Shown piece after piece: positions 40,180 to 53,976 of a stretch of DNA of 64,000 bases. The stretch's first letter is position 1. Each line of letters starts with the position of its first letter. The stretch covers positions 10,540,001 through 10,604,000 of the forward strand of contig CM022673.1 of assembly GCA_012295275.1 (NCBI GenBank), read 5' to 3'. The notes under the pieces are model-generated. The model did no database searches. It worked only from the letters and a program-made list of their open reading frames with translations, and was not told the origin of the DNA. Source of the DNA: Chrysomallon squamiferum. Taxonomy: Eukaryota > Animalia > Mollusca. Position numbers and translations under genes: made by a program.

Positions 40180-43100
40180 TTTACACAGATTTCTTGTTTA
40201 TAAATTTATTGAGATGATATTTCAACACACAAGAATACTGAGACAAATTACTAATCATTATTTATATTTTAAATGTACTGTATCATATATCTCATACACA
40301 CCTTTTGAATTAAACCATATACTTTTATTTATGCCTTTGGTAAATAAAGAAAAGAATTCAGGTTAAAATGCAAAATTTTATTAGTTTAACTTGATAGAAC
40401 ATCAGTAAGTATATCACATAACAATATCTTCCATTTTACTTTAAAGAGATGGAAATCTAGCTGACATTGGCCGAGCTGGCAGTTTGCACGAGTTTCTAAT
40501 GAATCTCCATGGAGAGTATGGACCAATAGCATCGTTCTGGATGGGTGACAAGCTTGTGGTTAGCATTGCATCACCTGAACTTTTCAAACAACATTTAACT
40601 GTGTTTGATAGGCCACGTAAGTACATGAACTTTTATTCATAAATATTTCCTTTGAAAGAACTGACTGGTTTTAATTATTTTGCCTGTGGATGTATCTTTC
40701 TTTCTCTTTTGGAATGTAACTAAAAGTTAATTTATTCTTGATAATATTTTGTTTATGTATTTGAAATTTCTTATAAAAATAAAATAAAAACAATAAAAGG
40801 AAATCATTTTGATTCTTTTATTTTCTGTTTCCAATAATTATTTTTCAGAACGTTTCTGTTACAGGTTGACATAATTACAAAGTCAATTTTAAAATATGAA
40901 ACCAAATGAATTGGGAATGTTGACAAGCTTTTAATTCGAAATTTCTGTTTAAATATTCTCAGGATGGTTGTAGTTTTATCACAGAAACAATTCACAGTTT
41001 CTGTATTTTGAAACTTCAACCTCAGGCACAGAAATATGATCAGTATCAGTATTATTTTGATTACTAAATTGCAAGCTGTGCATACAAAAAAAAAATTAAT
41101 AATAATATTAATAAATACATAATAAAATAAATTGTACACATTTTTTAAAATCATTTGTTAAAATATTAACAAAAACAACACAAACAATGTTTGTGTTGTA
41201 CTCTCAAAATCGTCTTGCATTATTTATATATGTGTATGTATATCTAACTTTGATTTTTTTTTTTTTAACAGCTGAGCTGTTTGAATTGTTTATGCCTCTC
41301 ATTGGAGAACGATCAATACAGTATGCAAACGGAGTGGAAGGAAGAAAGAGAAGACATGCCATAGACAATGCATTCAGTCATGATGAGCTTGTTCAGTATT
41401 ACAAAGGTCTTCAGAAGGTACAGTCTATTTATTAATTAAATACCTTGGTGTCAACATTTTCTGAATCATGGTTCATACGACAAAATTCTTAAGAAAAATA
41501 CAATCAAAGATTAAAATATTATTGTTATTGTTATTATTATCTGTTATTGAGATACCTTAATTTGATTTTATGTTCAAACATTTAGAATCTTAGTAATTTA
41601 TATCTCAAAGTTCCTAAAAAAACAAAACAAAAAGAAACCTCCCAGGTTTCTGTGATAGCTGTTTGATATTTTAAAGTTATATAAAAGTTTAAATTATTAT
41701 TATCTGTTATTAATCTGTATAAATTAAAGATCTCCATTTATTTTACATCCAAGATTTTAGAACGGTCCTTTTTATTACAGAATTCCTAAGAAAAAGTGTA
41801 AAAATTGTAAGTTATAGAAAGAAACAAAATAGTTTCCCTCATGGTTCATTCTGTGATGCTGTAGGGAGCTTATACAGTTAAATTTACAGATAGCTGTAGC
41901 AACTGTGAATGGTCAGCAGCAAAAATCTTCACTGGTTACAAGTCAAGAACTGCATCATAACCAAATGAAAAACAGAATGCAAAAACAATCAATCCTATAA
42001 AATCAGTATTGTTTGAGGAAAATATTCCATATTCTTGTTATTTTCCCACACACACGAGTCAACCTTTGGTGATTTTAAGCACAGTATTTCATTTTATTTT
42101 TTCTTGGTTTTTTATTTTTCCAGATAGCTACTGACATAGAAACAAAATGGCTGTCTCTGGTAAAGGAAGAGCACATACCTCTAAGTCAGTACATGTTTGC
42201 CTTTTCTATAAAAGCTGCCCTGCAGGCCTTTCTCGGTGGTCACTTCAGTAATGACAAAGAGGTGCTGGTATTCAAGAGACATTATGATCTGGTGAGTAAC
42301 TGATCAAGTAGATTATCTTCATGAATTTTCTGAAATATCTGACAAATCTGATTTTATATATATTATATATGCATTGCATTTCTGTGGCCAATTTGAGCTA
42401 TATGTTGGAATTAACTAGCAAACAAAATGAGCTTTTATAATTTGAATGCCAAAAATACAGAATTCAGTTTTATTTTATTGTCTATTAATTTGCTATGATG
42501 TTGTTTAATAATCAATATGTAATATATGAGATGTGTTATCCATCTATATATATATATATATATAATATGTTATCTATGTATGAGATGATATGTGTTGTCT
42601 ATACATAATATATAACATGTTATCTATATATATTATATAAGATGTATTATCTATATATTATATCAGATGAGTTATTCATTTATTATATGATTGTGTATTA
42701 TCTATGTTTACACACAGGTCTGGTGTGAAATGGAACACAGGCTGTCTGATCCAGTGTTGCCTGCTGAGGACAGCATTAGAGCAAAAAGCTTTGAAGAAAG
42801 TAGGTGAAGCTTTTCATCTACTTGTCCATGAAATTATAATAACTATATTTATTGGATTGTTATAACTAATCCAGTGATAAGTAATAACATCCACTTCATA
42901 AACTGATGGTCAGCAAAACAATTATGTTACTAATCCAGTAATCTGTAGCTTAATTTCTTTGGTAATCTTTATTATGACTAAAATATATTTTCCTGTCCAT
43001 GGGAAAGGACATACAAGACCTACTTCTTGCTAAGTGAAGAACAGTGGCCTTCCAATATATTAATGTTTTGTTTTTTTGTCATCTTAAATGTATGATCCAT

Positions 43101-43845
43101 AATAACATGTATGTATGTTTGTATGCATGCATGCACATGCAAATAAATAATTAGATCAAATTATTATTATTATTATTATGTTTTCTTTTTATGCAGGTCT
43201 CCAGTATCTGAAAGATTCTGTGATGAAATGCATCAAAGAAAGAAAGAAGAATGAATCAAAGTCAGATGACTACCTTCTAATCGATCGAATGGCTGACTTT
43301 AATGGTGATGATGATGAAACGACATTTTGTGATGGGTTGGTTAGTTTAGTTGGTGGATTTCATACAACAGGCAACGGTAAGTTAGTTTAAATATTAATTT
43401 GCTTATGACTGACCTATTGCTTGTTTTTTTTAAATATTTATTTTCAGATCAGTTGATCCATTCTTTAAAAGTATTTTTTTTTATTGTTGTCTCTTGTTAA
43501 ATTTTAAACATAAAATAAAATTTCTTCACTTAATGTTAAAATTTGTTGTGTAATTTATTTATTCAATAATAATAATAATAATCTTCATTCTTATTATTAT
43601 TGTACAAGAAGTATTTTGGTAATGTCAAAAATGTAATTGGGCACTGATTTATTATCAAGTCTTGTTGATGTAAATAATTTGTTATAGATAAATTATAAGA
43701 TTTTAAGATTTTATATTAAAACAGAGAATATTATATTTTATTTTATTTTATTTTTATATTTTATTTTGTATTCTATTATTTATTACATTTTATTTTTTTT
43801 TTATTTTATGTATTGTTTTTAATTTTATATATTTTATTTCATTTT

Positions 43846-43879
<34 letters not shown>

Positions 43880-43906
43880 TTTATTTTATTTTATTTTATT
43901 TTATTT

Positions 43907-43948
<42 letters not shown>

Positions 43949-44754
43949 TTTTTTTAAATTTTATTTTTGTTTCAGTTTTGACTTGGGCTATCTACTTCTT
44001 AGCAAGTCATCATGATGTTCAGGACAAACTGTACAAGGAACTGAAGAGTGTGTTAGGTGATGAAAAACTGAACCCACAAAACATAAAAAAACTCACGTAA
44101 ATATTGAATTCTTAAATTAATACTGAATAATACAGAAACTTCCAAATAATTTTGCTGACATTTTTCACCTTTATAAATTTTTGAAATCTGTTTTCTTATT
44201 AAATAAGGATTTATTTTTTTCTTCTTTATTTATTTATTTTATTTGTTTATTTGTCTTTTATATTTACCTATTATTGTCTGTAAATTTTAATGTCACAAGA
44301 AAATCCAAGTTAAGGAACTGTTGCATTTCTTTATAAAAAAAACCCAACAAATATATTAACAAAAATCCCTTATTTGATAAATTATTTTTTTATATTATTA
44401 TTAACATCATCATAATTATTATTATTATTATATTATTTTTTTTCTAATATTTTAAATATTTTTTAAATTTTGAAGTAGGATTTAAATTAATTTATATTTT
44501 TATTATTTCAAACAGTGTTTCACAATCAGTAATAACTGATTGTTTTGTTGTTCAGGTATCTGAGACAGGTAATAGATGAAACACTGAGGTGTGGGGTCAT
44601 TGCACCCTGGGCAGCCAGATTTCAGGATTTCGATTCAGAGCTGGGTGGACACAAGATACCGAAAAATGTAAGATGACAAAAATTTAGTCACTTCTTATTT
44701 GAGGATTTTAATTTTTGAAAAATTGATTCTATTTTATCATTATTATTATTATTA

Positions 44755-44786
<32 letters not shown>

Positions 44787-46209
44787 TTATAGTTATTCCA
44801 TGGTGATGCATATAATGAATGTTCGTTGATTTTTATTTTCATTTATTATTAAATATAGTAACTTATATGTTCTGTTAAAATTATATATAATAATTTTTAA
44901 AATTATATTGTTATTTTTTATTTATACTTACACATACAAACATTTTAATTTTTATTTATAATTACATACACAAAATGTTTTAATTTTGTTTATAATTACT
45001 GAAACTAATATTTTATTTTTTATTTATAATTAATTACATATATTTTTATTTAAAATTACATATCTAATATTTTTATTTTTCATTATAATTACATATGCAA
45101 ACATTTTTATTTACAATTTATAATTAGATATATTAACATTACTGTTTTTATTTATAATTTATAACTACATATTAACATTTTTATTTTTAAATACAAACCC
45201 TAGCATTTTTATTTTTTATTTATAATTAATTACATACTCTAACATTTAATTTATTAAATTTATAATTACATATACAACATTTTTATTTTTATTTATATTT
45301 ATGCAGAATATTTAACATTTTTGTTTTTCACTTGTAAATGAATATACAAAAGAATTTTTATTTTTCATTAACATAATATTTTTATTAAAATGATTTTGGG
45401 TTTTTTATGACTTTTTTTCACTCATTGTTTTTCAGACTCCAGTGATACATGCTCTTGGTGTAGTTTTACAGGATGAGAAAATCTGGCCTCTTCCTAACAA
45501 GTGAGAAATCAAATGAGTTTATTTTTCACACTATTTCAGTAATTTATATTTTGTAATTTAATGCATTTTGATGAACAGTGTACCTTTTGGTTATGAAATG
45601 ATAATGAGATAAAGAAATGACAATTATGAATTAAATTGAATGAATAAATTAAAGAATGGATGAATTTTGTTTTTTCATTTTTAAATTAAGTGTTAGTTTT
45701 TCAGTTTTAATTCATAAACTACTGATCAGCTCTTCACATTTTAAAATTACTGATTTTTTTTAATTAATAATCATCAAATACAGTCAATGGGTTTTTGCAG
45801 TTTAAATAATCATAAAGATGTCATTTGAAATGTAATTAGTTAATGATCAGGAAAAATATGTACATTTTCTTTCTCTTTTTTTTTTTTCTCTCTCTTTTTT
45901 TTTTTTATTTTAATTCAAGAAAAAATCTAATTTTTTGTAATTGAATTTTTTATTTTCAGGTTTGATCCAGACCGCTTCAGTCCCAAGAATGTGAAATCTC
46001 GTCCACCTCTTGCTTTTTCTCCATTTGGATTTGCCGGGAAGAGAATCTGCCCAGGCTACCAGTTTGCTTACATTGAAGCATCCATTTTACTCACCACACT
46101 TTTGCTGCGGTTTAAAATCGATCTTGTGGACGGTCAAGTTGTAAAACCAGTGTTTGGTCTTGTCACTCATCCACTCGATGAAATCTGGATCACGATTAGC
46201 AAGCGCTAG
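39335..46209 (+). CDS. CYP20A1: Cytochrome P450 20A1, complete, 11 exons, 471 aa
   Basis: Exons 39335-39406, 39769-39818, 40447-40616, 41272-41417, 42124-42291, 42718-42799, 43197-43376, 43976-44096, 44556-44667, 45436-45500, 45960-46209; all GT-AG and phase-consistent (1416 nt). The N-terminus MLEFVIFAVTF...YLYP and DGNLADIGRAGSLHEFLMNLHGEYGP are CYP20-diagnostic. I-helix GGFHTT, K-helix ETLR, FDPDRF and heme motif FGFAGKRICPG are present. Confidence 0.96.
44890..45385. repeat. Degenerate AT-rich tandem repeat in CYP20A1 intron 9
   Basis: Recurring ttttatttataattacata...aacatt unit. Confidence 0.7.
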
Positions 46210-46990
46210 TTGCTGTGTGGAAAATAGTATTTTTAAAAAAAATATTAAAACAATTGCTTTTATTTTCATGATATCAAAGCCTTGGACTTTTCCACAAGGT
46301 GTAAAAATCATAATTTTTGGCTTTCCTAACATGGCCCAGGATAAGTGCAAATGCCTTCAACATTACAAGTCATTTTAATCTACAGATAATAAACTTAGTG
46401 ATATATTTAGTTTTATTAATTGGCTATGTACTAGTATGATTTCATGTGTCTACAACTTTTGCCATATTAACCTGCATGAACTTGGGAAGCAAAAACACTG
46501 TGCTGCACTGCAACCCTGACTGGCAAGAGTCAGTGAAATTTAAGCAATTGGCTCCACTGTGGGTGTGTGTGTTGAGCATTCCACCAACTTGTTGTTGTCA
46601 AGAGATGGTATGTAAATATGTATTTAAATTTTTAAACAATGGTGTGGGTGTGATTTTTGGCTTTCAAGTGGTTAATAGCAACACTTGGTGTATGTTAAAT
46701 TCATCTTTTCTTACAGGGGAAAAAAAAAAAAGACAATGGAATACTTTAAGGGATGCTGGGAAAGCGAAAGATTTTCAAAAAACCTGATTTTTTTTTTTTT
46801 TTTTTTTTTTATAAACAAGAGATTGCATCAGAATGCCTGAGACTTTTGTATCATATTTTCAAATTCAGATATAGATTTTTATAATCATGGGCTTTATATT
46901 TCATGTTTCACAATTGATGATATATAGATATGGTCATGATATGGGGAATTTTATTTTATAAAGTAATGTTTTGTGTGTAAATTTGTAGAT

Positions 46991-47023
<33 letters not shown>

Positions 47024-48342
47024 TGCAGTCAACTTACATTTATAATGAAAATTATTTTGAAATAAAGTTAGACCTAATGGTCATCATATGTCAAATTATT
47101 TTGTTCATATAATTGTTATTAATCAGTGGCATTTCAGGACTAGTCATAAGTTATGTAGGTTAATCCATAATAATAGTAGTAATAACTGTCTTTTCAAGCT
47201 TAAACCAAAACATTTGAGTCCTCCTGGTTCTGTGAAGAAAGCAACATTATAACAGATTCATTACACATATAAAATTTTTTTCTGAATTGTTAAAGCACAA
47301 AAGCATTAAATTTTTAAAAATTTATTCATAACCATTGCATTTAGATTTTAATAATAATTTTCCTTTAAATTCATTGTCATTAGATAACATTTCTGTTTGT
47401 ATAATTTCATGAAATATTTTAAAGATTAAATTTAATGAGAAACAAAATGTTTAACATAAGATTCAGTACCAAAGAGTATAGAGTAGTACTGAACTGGGAA
47501 ATGCTTTTGTATATATTCAGCACAGAATATTTTTTTGTCATAGGATATTTTCAGTAAGTCCACTGTTGTTCCTGTTACACATAAATTAGAAATATTTAGC
47601 CAGCAAAGTACAATAATGTTGAAAAAAAACAATGTTGTAAATCATTTTCGTCTTTGATTCTATTCTTTATACATTAATCTGTGAATATAGAGCATATAAT
47701 TAGTGCTATTGCTGTAAAAAAAACAACCCAAAACATAATATTCCACTTTTATAAGGGCTAGTTTAAAATCTTGATTTACTCCCCAAAATTAACTTTATTG
47801 TAAGAACATATTTCATTGGTCAGTAAATATAGATTTAACCAAGATATTAATGTGCGATTTCATTGGATAGTGTATTTAAATTTCATGAAGAAACTTGTAT
47901 TTTGTTTATTTCATGGTTTCATATAGATTAATTCTTTAAACAGAAAATTCTGTTTTATACACAAGTGATGGATATACATAAATATATATGTATTGATAAA
48001 TTTTCAGTACATTGAAAAAAAAAGAATATTTAATATTGTTTTTTACCAAAATAACAGGTAATGTGTATATATAATTATATATGTATGCATATTTTCTAGA
48101 TATGTATAATATTATCATGGGCTTGTTTTTTTTATTTTTTGGTTTTAAATACGTTTATTTTTTTAAATGTGAAAAACCCTGTTAGCTTGGTAGTATTAAA
48201 TATAAAATTTTAAAGTGATCTGATGTAATATTCTAAAAAGCACAAAAAGAAAATTATTTGATAATGTATCTTTTTCTTTCCTGAATGGAAAATATACACA
48301 TAATTTTACATATTGTTTTGTTGTTGTTATTGTCAATGGTGG

Positions 48343-48387
<45 letters not shown>

Positions 48388-50041
48388 TATATTTTTAAAT
48401 GAGTGAAGATGTATAATAAAATGTAATTACCTAACCTCTGCATTCTTGCTTCAGTAAACTGTTAAATGCAAAAAAAAAAAAAAAAAGCCCAAACTCATGA
48501 TGTAAATGCAAGTTTGAAGTATAATCATAAAAACAAAAGTAAATTGCTAAAATACAGTTTTCTCTAGTACTTTATTAACAAAAAAAAAAAAATACATTAA
48601 ACAAATCATAGTAACATAAAAAGAAAAAACAATACAGATCAAAAATTATATCCAACAATGTTTAAAAAATTGTGCAGTCATTTATTTGAAAGACAGGAAT
48701 ATAAACCTCACCAGTTTTTTAGTTAATATTCAAACTTATAATAAATTGTAAATTATCATGGTATCTTTTTAATTTCTCCAAAAATAATTACCACTCTTAA
48801 ATTTGTTTCTGAGCTTTCCTATTTTTAATTTAATTTTTATTTTATTTTAGTGCTAAATGTTTTCTGAAATTGGTTTTAATCTTTCGAAATAAGCACTGCT
48901 GCTTAATGAGATTTATGAATATTCATAAGTTTGTGAAAATTTTATAAAGTCTGGGTATCTTGAGTATTCTGTAATTTTATATATCAGTGGATATATAAAT
49001 AATCATGTATTTAGTAAAAATATATTTAATAAATACTTTGTCAGGTAGTTTTTCTTTTAGAAGACTTTATCATATAACATAAAGTTTAAATCATCTTTTT
49101 CTTTCATTTTTTTTTTTTTGTTGAACATTTAATATTATTATTGTTATTAAAGAAAGAAAACAAAATTTTTCCTGAAATATTTGCTGTAGAGAATAATGAT
49201 TAAATCAAATATTGAACATTTTAAAATAATCGAGGTATATATATGCTAATAAATATGTACAATAAGAAATGCATAACATTTTGTTTTTGAATATGACATA
49301 AGGAACATAGAAAAACATATCCGTTTATTATTACTATTATATTAAATATGATTATTGTTTTTGACTTGAACAACAAAACCAAAAAATCATGAAACCTCTA
49401 TACAATATAATTTTATGTATGCTTATATTTAAATACATATCAAAAGAAAATATATAATTAATCTTTCATAGTCACTAGACATTCTAATTTAGAAAATAGA
49501 ATAAATTATTATTTTAAAAGAAGAACAAAACTGATTAACACAATTCTATGTCCATAACACATTTATATTATTTTATTACAAATAAAGTTTTCACATGGCC
49601 CTGCATGATTCTAAGAATTTTTCAAAAACTTTCCTTCTTTATTTATTTTAATTTTTTTTTTAATTTTTTTTTAATTTTTTTTTTTCCATTACAGAAGAGA
49701 AAGCTAACAAATTTACCATGCTAAATAATAACAATTCTCTTAAAAATAAAGTCAAACAAATATTATCATGTTATTAATATGGATATAAACTAATATGTTT
49801 GTTGTGGTTATTTGTTGTATATATCCATTTTTGTTAGACACACATCTAAAGTCTTGCTTCAGATTTCTCGTGACTAACCAGGTTCTCAGTCACATACCAA
49901 AAAATAGCTCAATTTCACTTTTTTTTTAATTTTTTTTTTTTATATTTAGAATAAAAGAAGAAAAAAATCCAGCAAAAAACGTAAATAAATTTTCAGGATA
50001 AAAATAAACTAAAACTGTGTAGCAAAATATCGACAGAAGTG

Positions 50042-53000
50042 TCACAAATGCGACGTCTCTTCCTCATATATAGGATTGTCTATGCCACTCATGGATGTCG
50101 TTGGGATTTTCATCAAACTTCCACTTTCAACTGTTCTTGTGCGCTTTCTGGCTGTTCTCTCAGGTGATGAACTCTTTAGTTCTCTGATTCGTTTTACAGA
50201 AACTAAAGAATTCACAAGATGTTGCGATGACTCAGCCTTACTGTCTGAATTGTCTGTACCACTGGTGTTGATGTTGATGTTTAGAGATAAGTCAGTGGGG
50301 AGAACTGTTAACGGAATATCTTCTTGTTTCTCTTTTGTGGATTTGACATTTCCTTCTTCTACCAAGTGCGAAATTGTTTTGCTCTCTGCTAAAGTCGATT
50401 CAGAATTGTCATTGTCTGGTAATTCATCAATAGGATGTAACCAGTTCTGCAAGATGCACTTAAGGGCACCTCTTTGGTTTGTATCATCGAATTGGTTGTT
50501 GCAGTTCCTGTTGTCATCGATAACAGAATCAGCACTCCAGTATTCATCATCGTTAGAGTTAGATCTGTCAGAGGTTACTGACTTAGAAAGGTCAAACTTC
50601 TCATCCATGTAAGTGTGATCTTCATACATCCTACAAAAACAAAAAACAAAAAAAAATAAAAAAAATAATTATTAAAATAAATTTATGCCAAACTACTACT
50701 ACTACTACTACTAATATATGAATGTATTTAGGTAGGTTGGTATGAACACACATGTACAGACAACTATCACATGGATTTTGAAGGTATGAATTTTATTTCA
50801 AAATGTTTCTTTGAAAATAAAAAAATTAGTTAGGGGTCAAAATGATTAAAATAACAGTATTCTGTATCAACAACAATAATAATAGCAACAACAACAGCAG
50901 CAACAATAATAAAAAACAAATAGGTTACCCAAAAGCACTGTGGTCTGATTTTCTTCTGTAATATGAAGTATCTTTATGAAGATTATGACCTCCGTCCATC
51001 TGATAACAAAAACATTAATTCACATCAAGCTGTTTTAATAAATTTTGCTCATTATATTTGTATACTATTAAATATCTGTGAATGAATTTGAATACACATG
51101 TATGTGTTTGTATATGAATGTGTGTATGTGTTTTTCTGTATGATAAATCAGTGCATGTGTGTAGATGTGTAAGTATTGTGTGTGTGTGTGTTTTTTGTGT
51201 ACTCTCTGTCTTTCATTATCGTGGGTGTGTTGCTGTTTCCTGCCTGTGGGTAGGCACATATCAGAATCTTGTGTTGCCTATCAGTAAGAGTAACCCATGA
51301 AATGTCATCAGGCAAGCTTTCTGTGATTAAAAACATCAATAACTGTTCATTAATAAAAAATTAAAAAAAGAAGTAGATAGTGAATATTTCTTTTTCCCAA
51401 TTTCAACCAGAGCACAAATTGCATGGGTGTTTATATAGATATAAGAAAATGTTGGCTCTTATGAGTTTTCTTTGAAATTTCAGCATCATACACAAACTGT
51501 GAACTGTAAATATACACAGGTTTAAACAAAATAGAAAAATTAAGAAATAAACTGCACCTCATCTGAGTGCCCAACTCTGTGATGGTGGGAACAGTATTTT
51601 CTTGCTCCAGCTTGACTCCTTGAGTCTGAGGACCCATGATAGTGTCTCGTGGACCCCCTCCTTATTGCAGTACTAGGAGCCAGAATGCTTGGAACTACAA
51701 GAATTATTGGAACACCACCTCTTTCTTTCTGAATTGACAAAGAAGAAATTTTTCTAATCAAAATAATAAGATATGCACGTGCAAAGTACATACCTATTCA
51801 TTTACATACACATACATGCATGCACACAGACACATACACATACACATACATATATATATTATTACTTACGAAATTAGAAAAAACATGTTTATGAAAATTT
51901 AACAAAGACTAATTTCCTACATTTCTGGTTGACGTACAGTCCTTAAATGTTATACATCAATGTTATGTTAAACATAATAGCCATTTAAACATTTGAAATG
52001 AAAAAAAAAGAAACTTGGCATTTATTTATTTTTACCAAAGTGGGTAAGTAAGTAGATGATACCTTGGCCTTTCACTGGACTGAAAAAAATGTGACACAGT
52101 GTGTAAGAGATTATGTTATTACTCACTGTCTAGTGACCACTACAGAGGTCACTAAATACTATGGTGGTCACTAAAGGTACTGAAGAAGTAAATATATCTG
52201 CTAAATAAATTACCCTGAGGATCTGGCTTTCAGGATGGTTTCTCTAAGATTCTAAAAATACCTGTATATATTTATATTTTATGGGGTTTTTTTTTTCAAT
52301 TGGTACCTCTGGTATAAGTTTCTGAACTGTTGAAGGGATGTAACAGGGGCCAACAAATTCTTGTTTTGTGTAAAAATCCTGGACCACACCTGAAAAAAAA
52401 GAATATAAAAAAAGTAAACAAATTATAATAAAAATTATATTTTAAAACTATTAATTTTTTATTTTAAATTATTTTTTTAATATTATTTTTTTTGACATAT
52501 TAAGCTATATAATATAATGAAATTATTGATTATGATTTGTATTAAAATTTTATTTTAATTGTATTTTATTTTAAAGCTATTAATTATATTTTATATTAAA
52601 ACAGTAATTATATTTCATATTAAAACTATTAATTATATTTTATTTTAAATTATTAATAATATTTTATTATAAATTATTAATATTAATTTATTTTAAAATG
52701 TTTATTATGTTTTATATCAAAACAGTTTATTATATTTCTAAAATATTCACCATTAATTAAAAGAACATCAGTCATTGATGTGTCTGAAAAAAACTCATCA
52801 CAAAGTTCTTCTATGTAAGCATTTTCCAGTTTTATTTTCACCTTGTCTATTGACACCCCCTGCATAAAACAAGCAAACACATAACCAACTAAATAAATAA
52901 ACAAATACGTCAGTAAATAACTAACTAACTAACTTAATAAATAAAATAAATCATTCATCAATAATAAAGAAATGAAAAACTGATAAATAAAAATAAATAT

Positions 53001-53560
53001 AAAAATAATTCATTAATAGTAATAAATAAATCATTCATAAACAGATCAAAATTAAATAAATAATTATTAATATTAATAAACAAAATAAATATATAAATAA
53101 AATAAATGATTAACTGATCCTCATAAATAAATAAAGAATGAGAAAAATTATTATCATTCATGGAATTTTTGTTATTCACTGAACATAATTTTTTTCAAAT
53201 TTTTTATTCAATGGTTTTATTTACAAATAATGATTACCATAGCAACTTAAGACCATTTCTGTTTAAGCTGTTTATAAGACCATATACATTTATCTACTTT
53301 GATTACCATTCAGTAATATTACCTACTAAATATTTTAATGAACTTTATTACCTGTTAATTTAGTTAATAAGGTTTATTTTACCTGATAATCAGGCTGTGC
53401 CATAAGAATTCCTGTAGCAAGTCGGACACCACAAACTTTCCACAGTCTGTAAGTCAGTGGAGGTTCCAGACAATCAAACTTTATCATGGCCTCCTCCATG
53501 TCTTCGTTGCTAATAAACAGCATCTAAAAGATATAATATGTAATAGATTTGTAATATGTA

Positions 53561-53627
<67 letters not shown>

Positions 53628-53903
53628 TCTAAAGAAAGACAGTGAGAAAGCAAGACAGCAAAAGATGAAGAGAAAGGCAGAGAGAATAAGAAACTGAGAA
53701 AGACAAAGGGAGAGAGAATAAAAGATTGAGAGAAAGAAAGGGAGAGAGAATAAGAGACTGAGAGAAAGAGAAAGGGAGAGAGAATAAGAGATTGAGAGAA
53801 AGAGAAAGGGAGAGAGAATAAGAGACTAAGAGAAAGAGAATGGAAGATACAAACAGAAGACAAGAGAGCAAGAAAGAAAATGAGAGATGTAGACAAGCAG
53901 AGT

Positions 53904-53976
<73 letters not shown>

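Noticed and set aside
46154-46787. ORFs after the CYP20A1 stop
   Set aside because: They lie in the presumptive 3'UTR, use non-ATG starts and show no domain similarity.
50076-50612. 178-aa plus-strand ORF
   Set aside because: Antisense shadow of the SLC9C1 terminal exon.
52131-52172. Small inverted repeat tagtgaccac/gtggtcacta
   Set aside because: Only 8-10 bp arms from a local micro-duplication; no other support.
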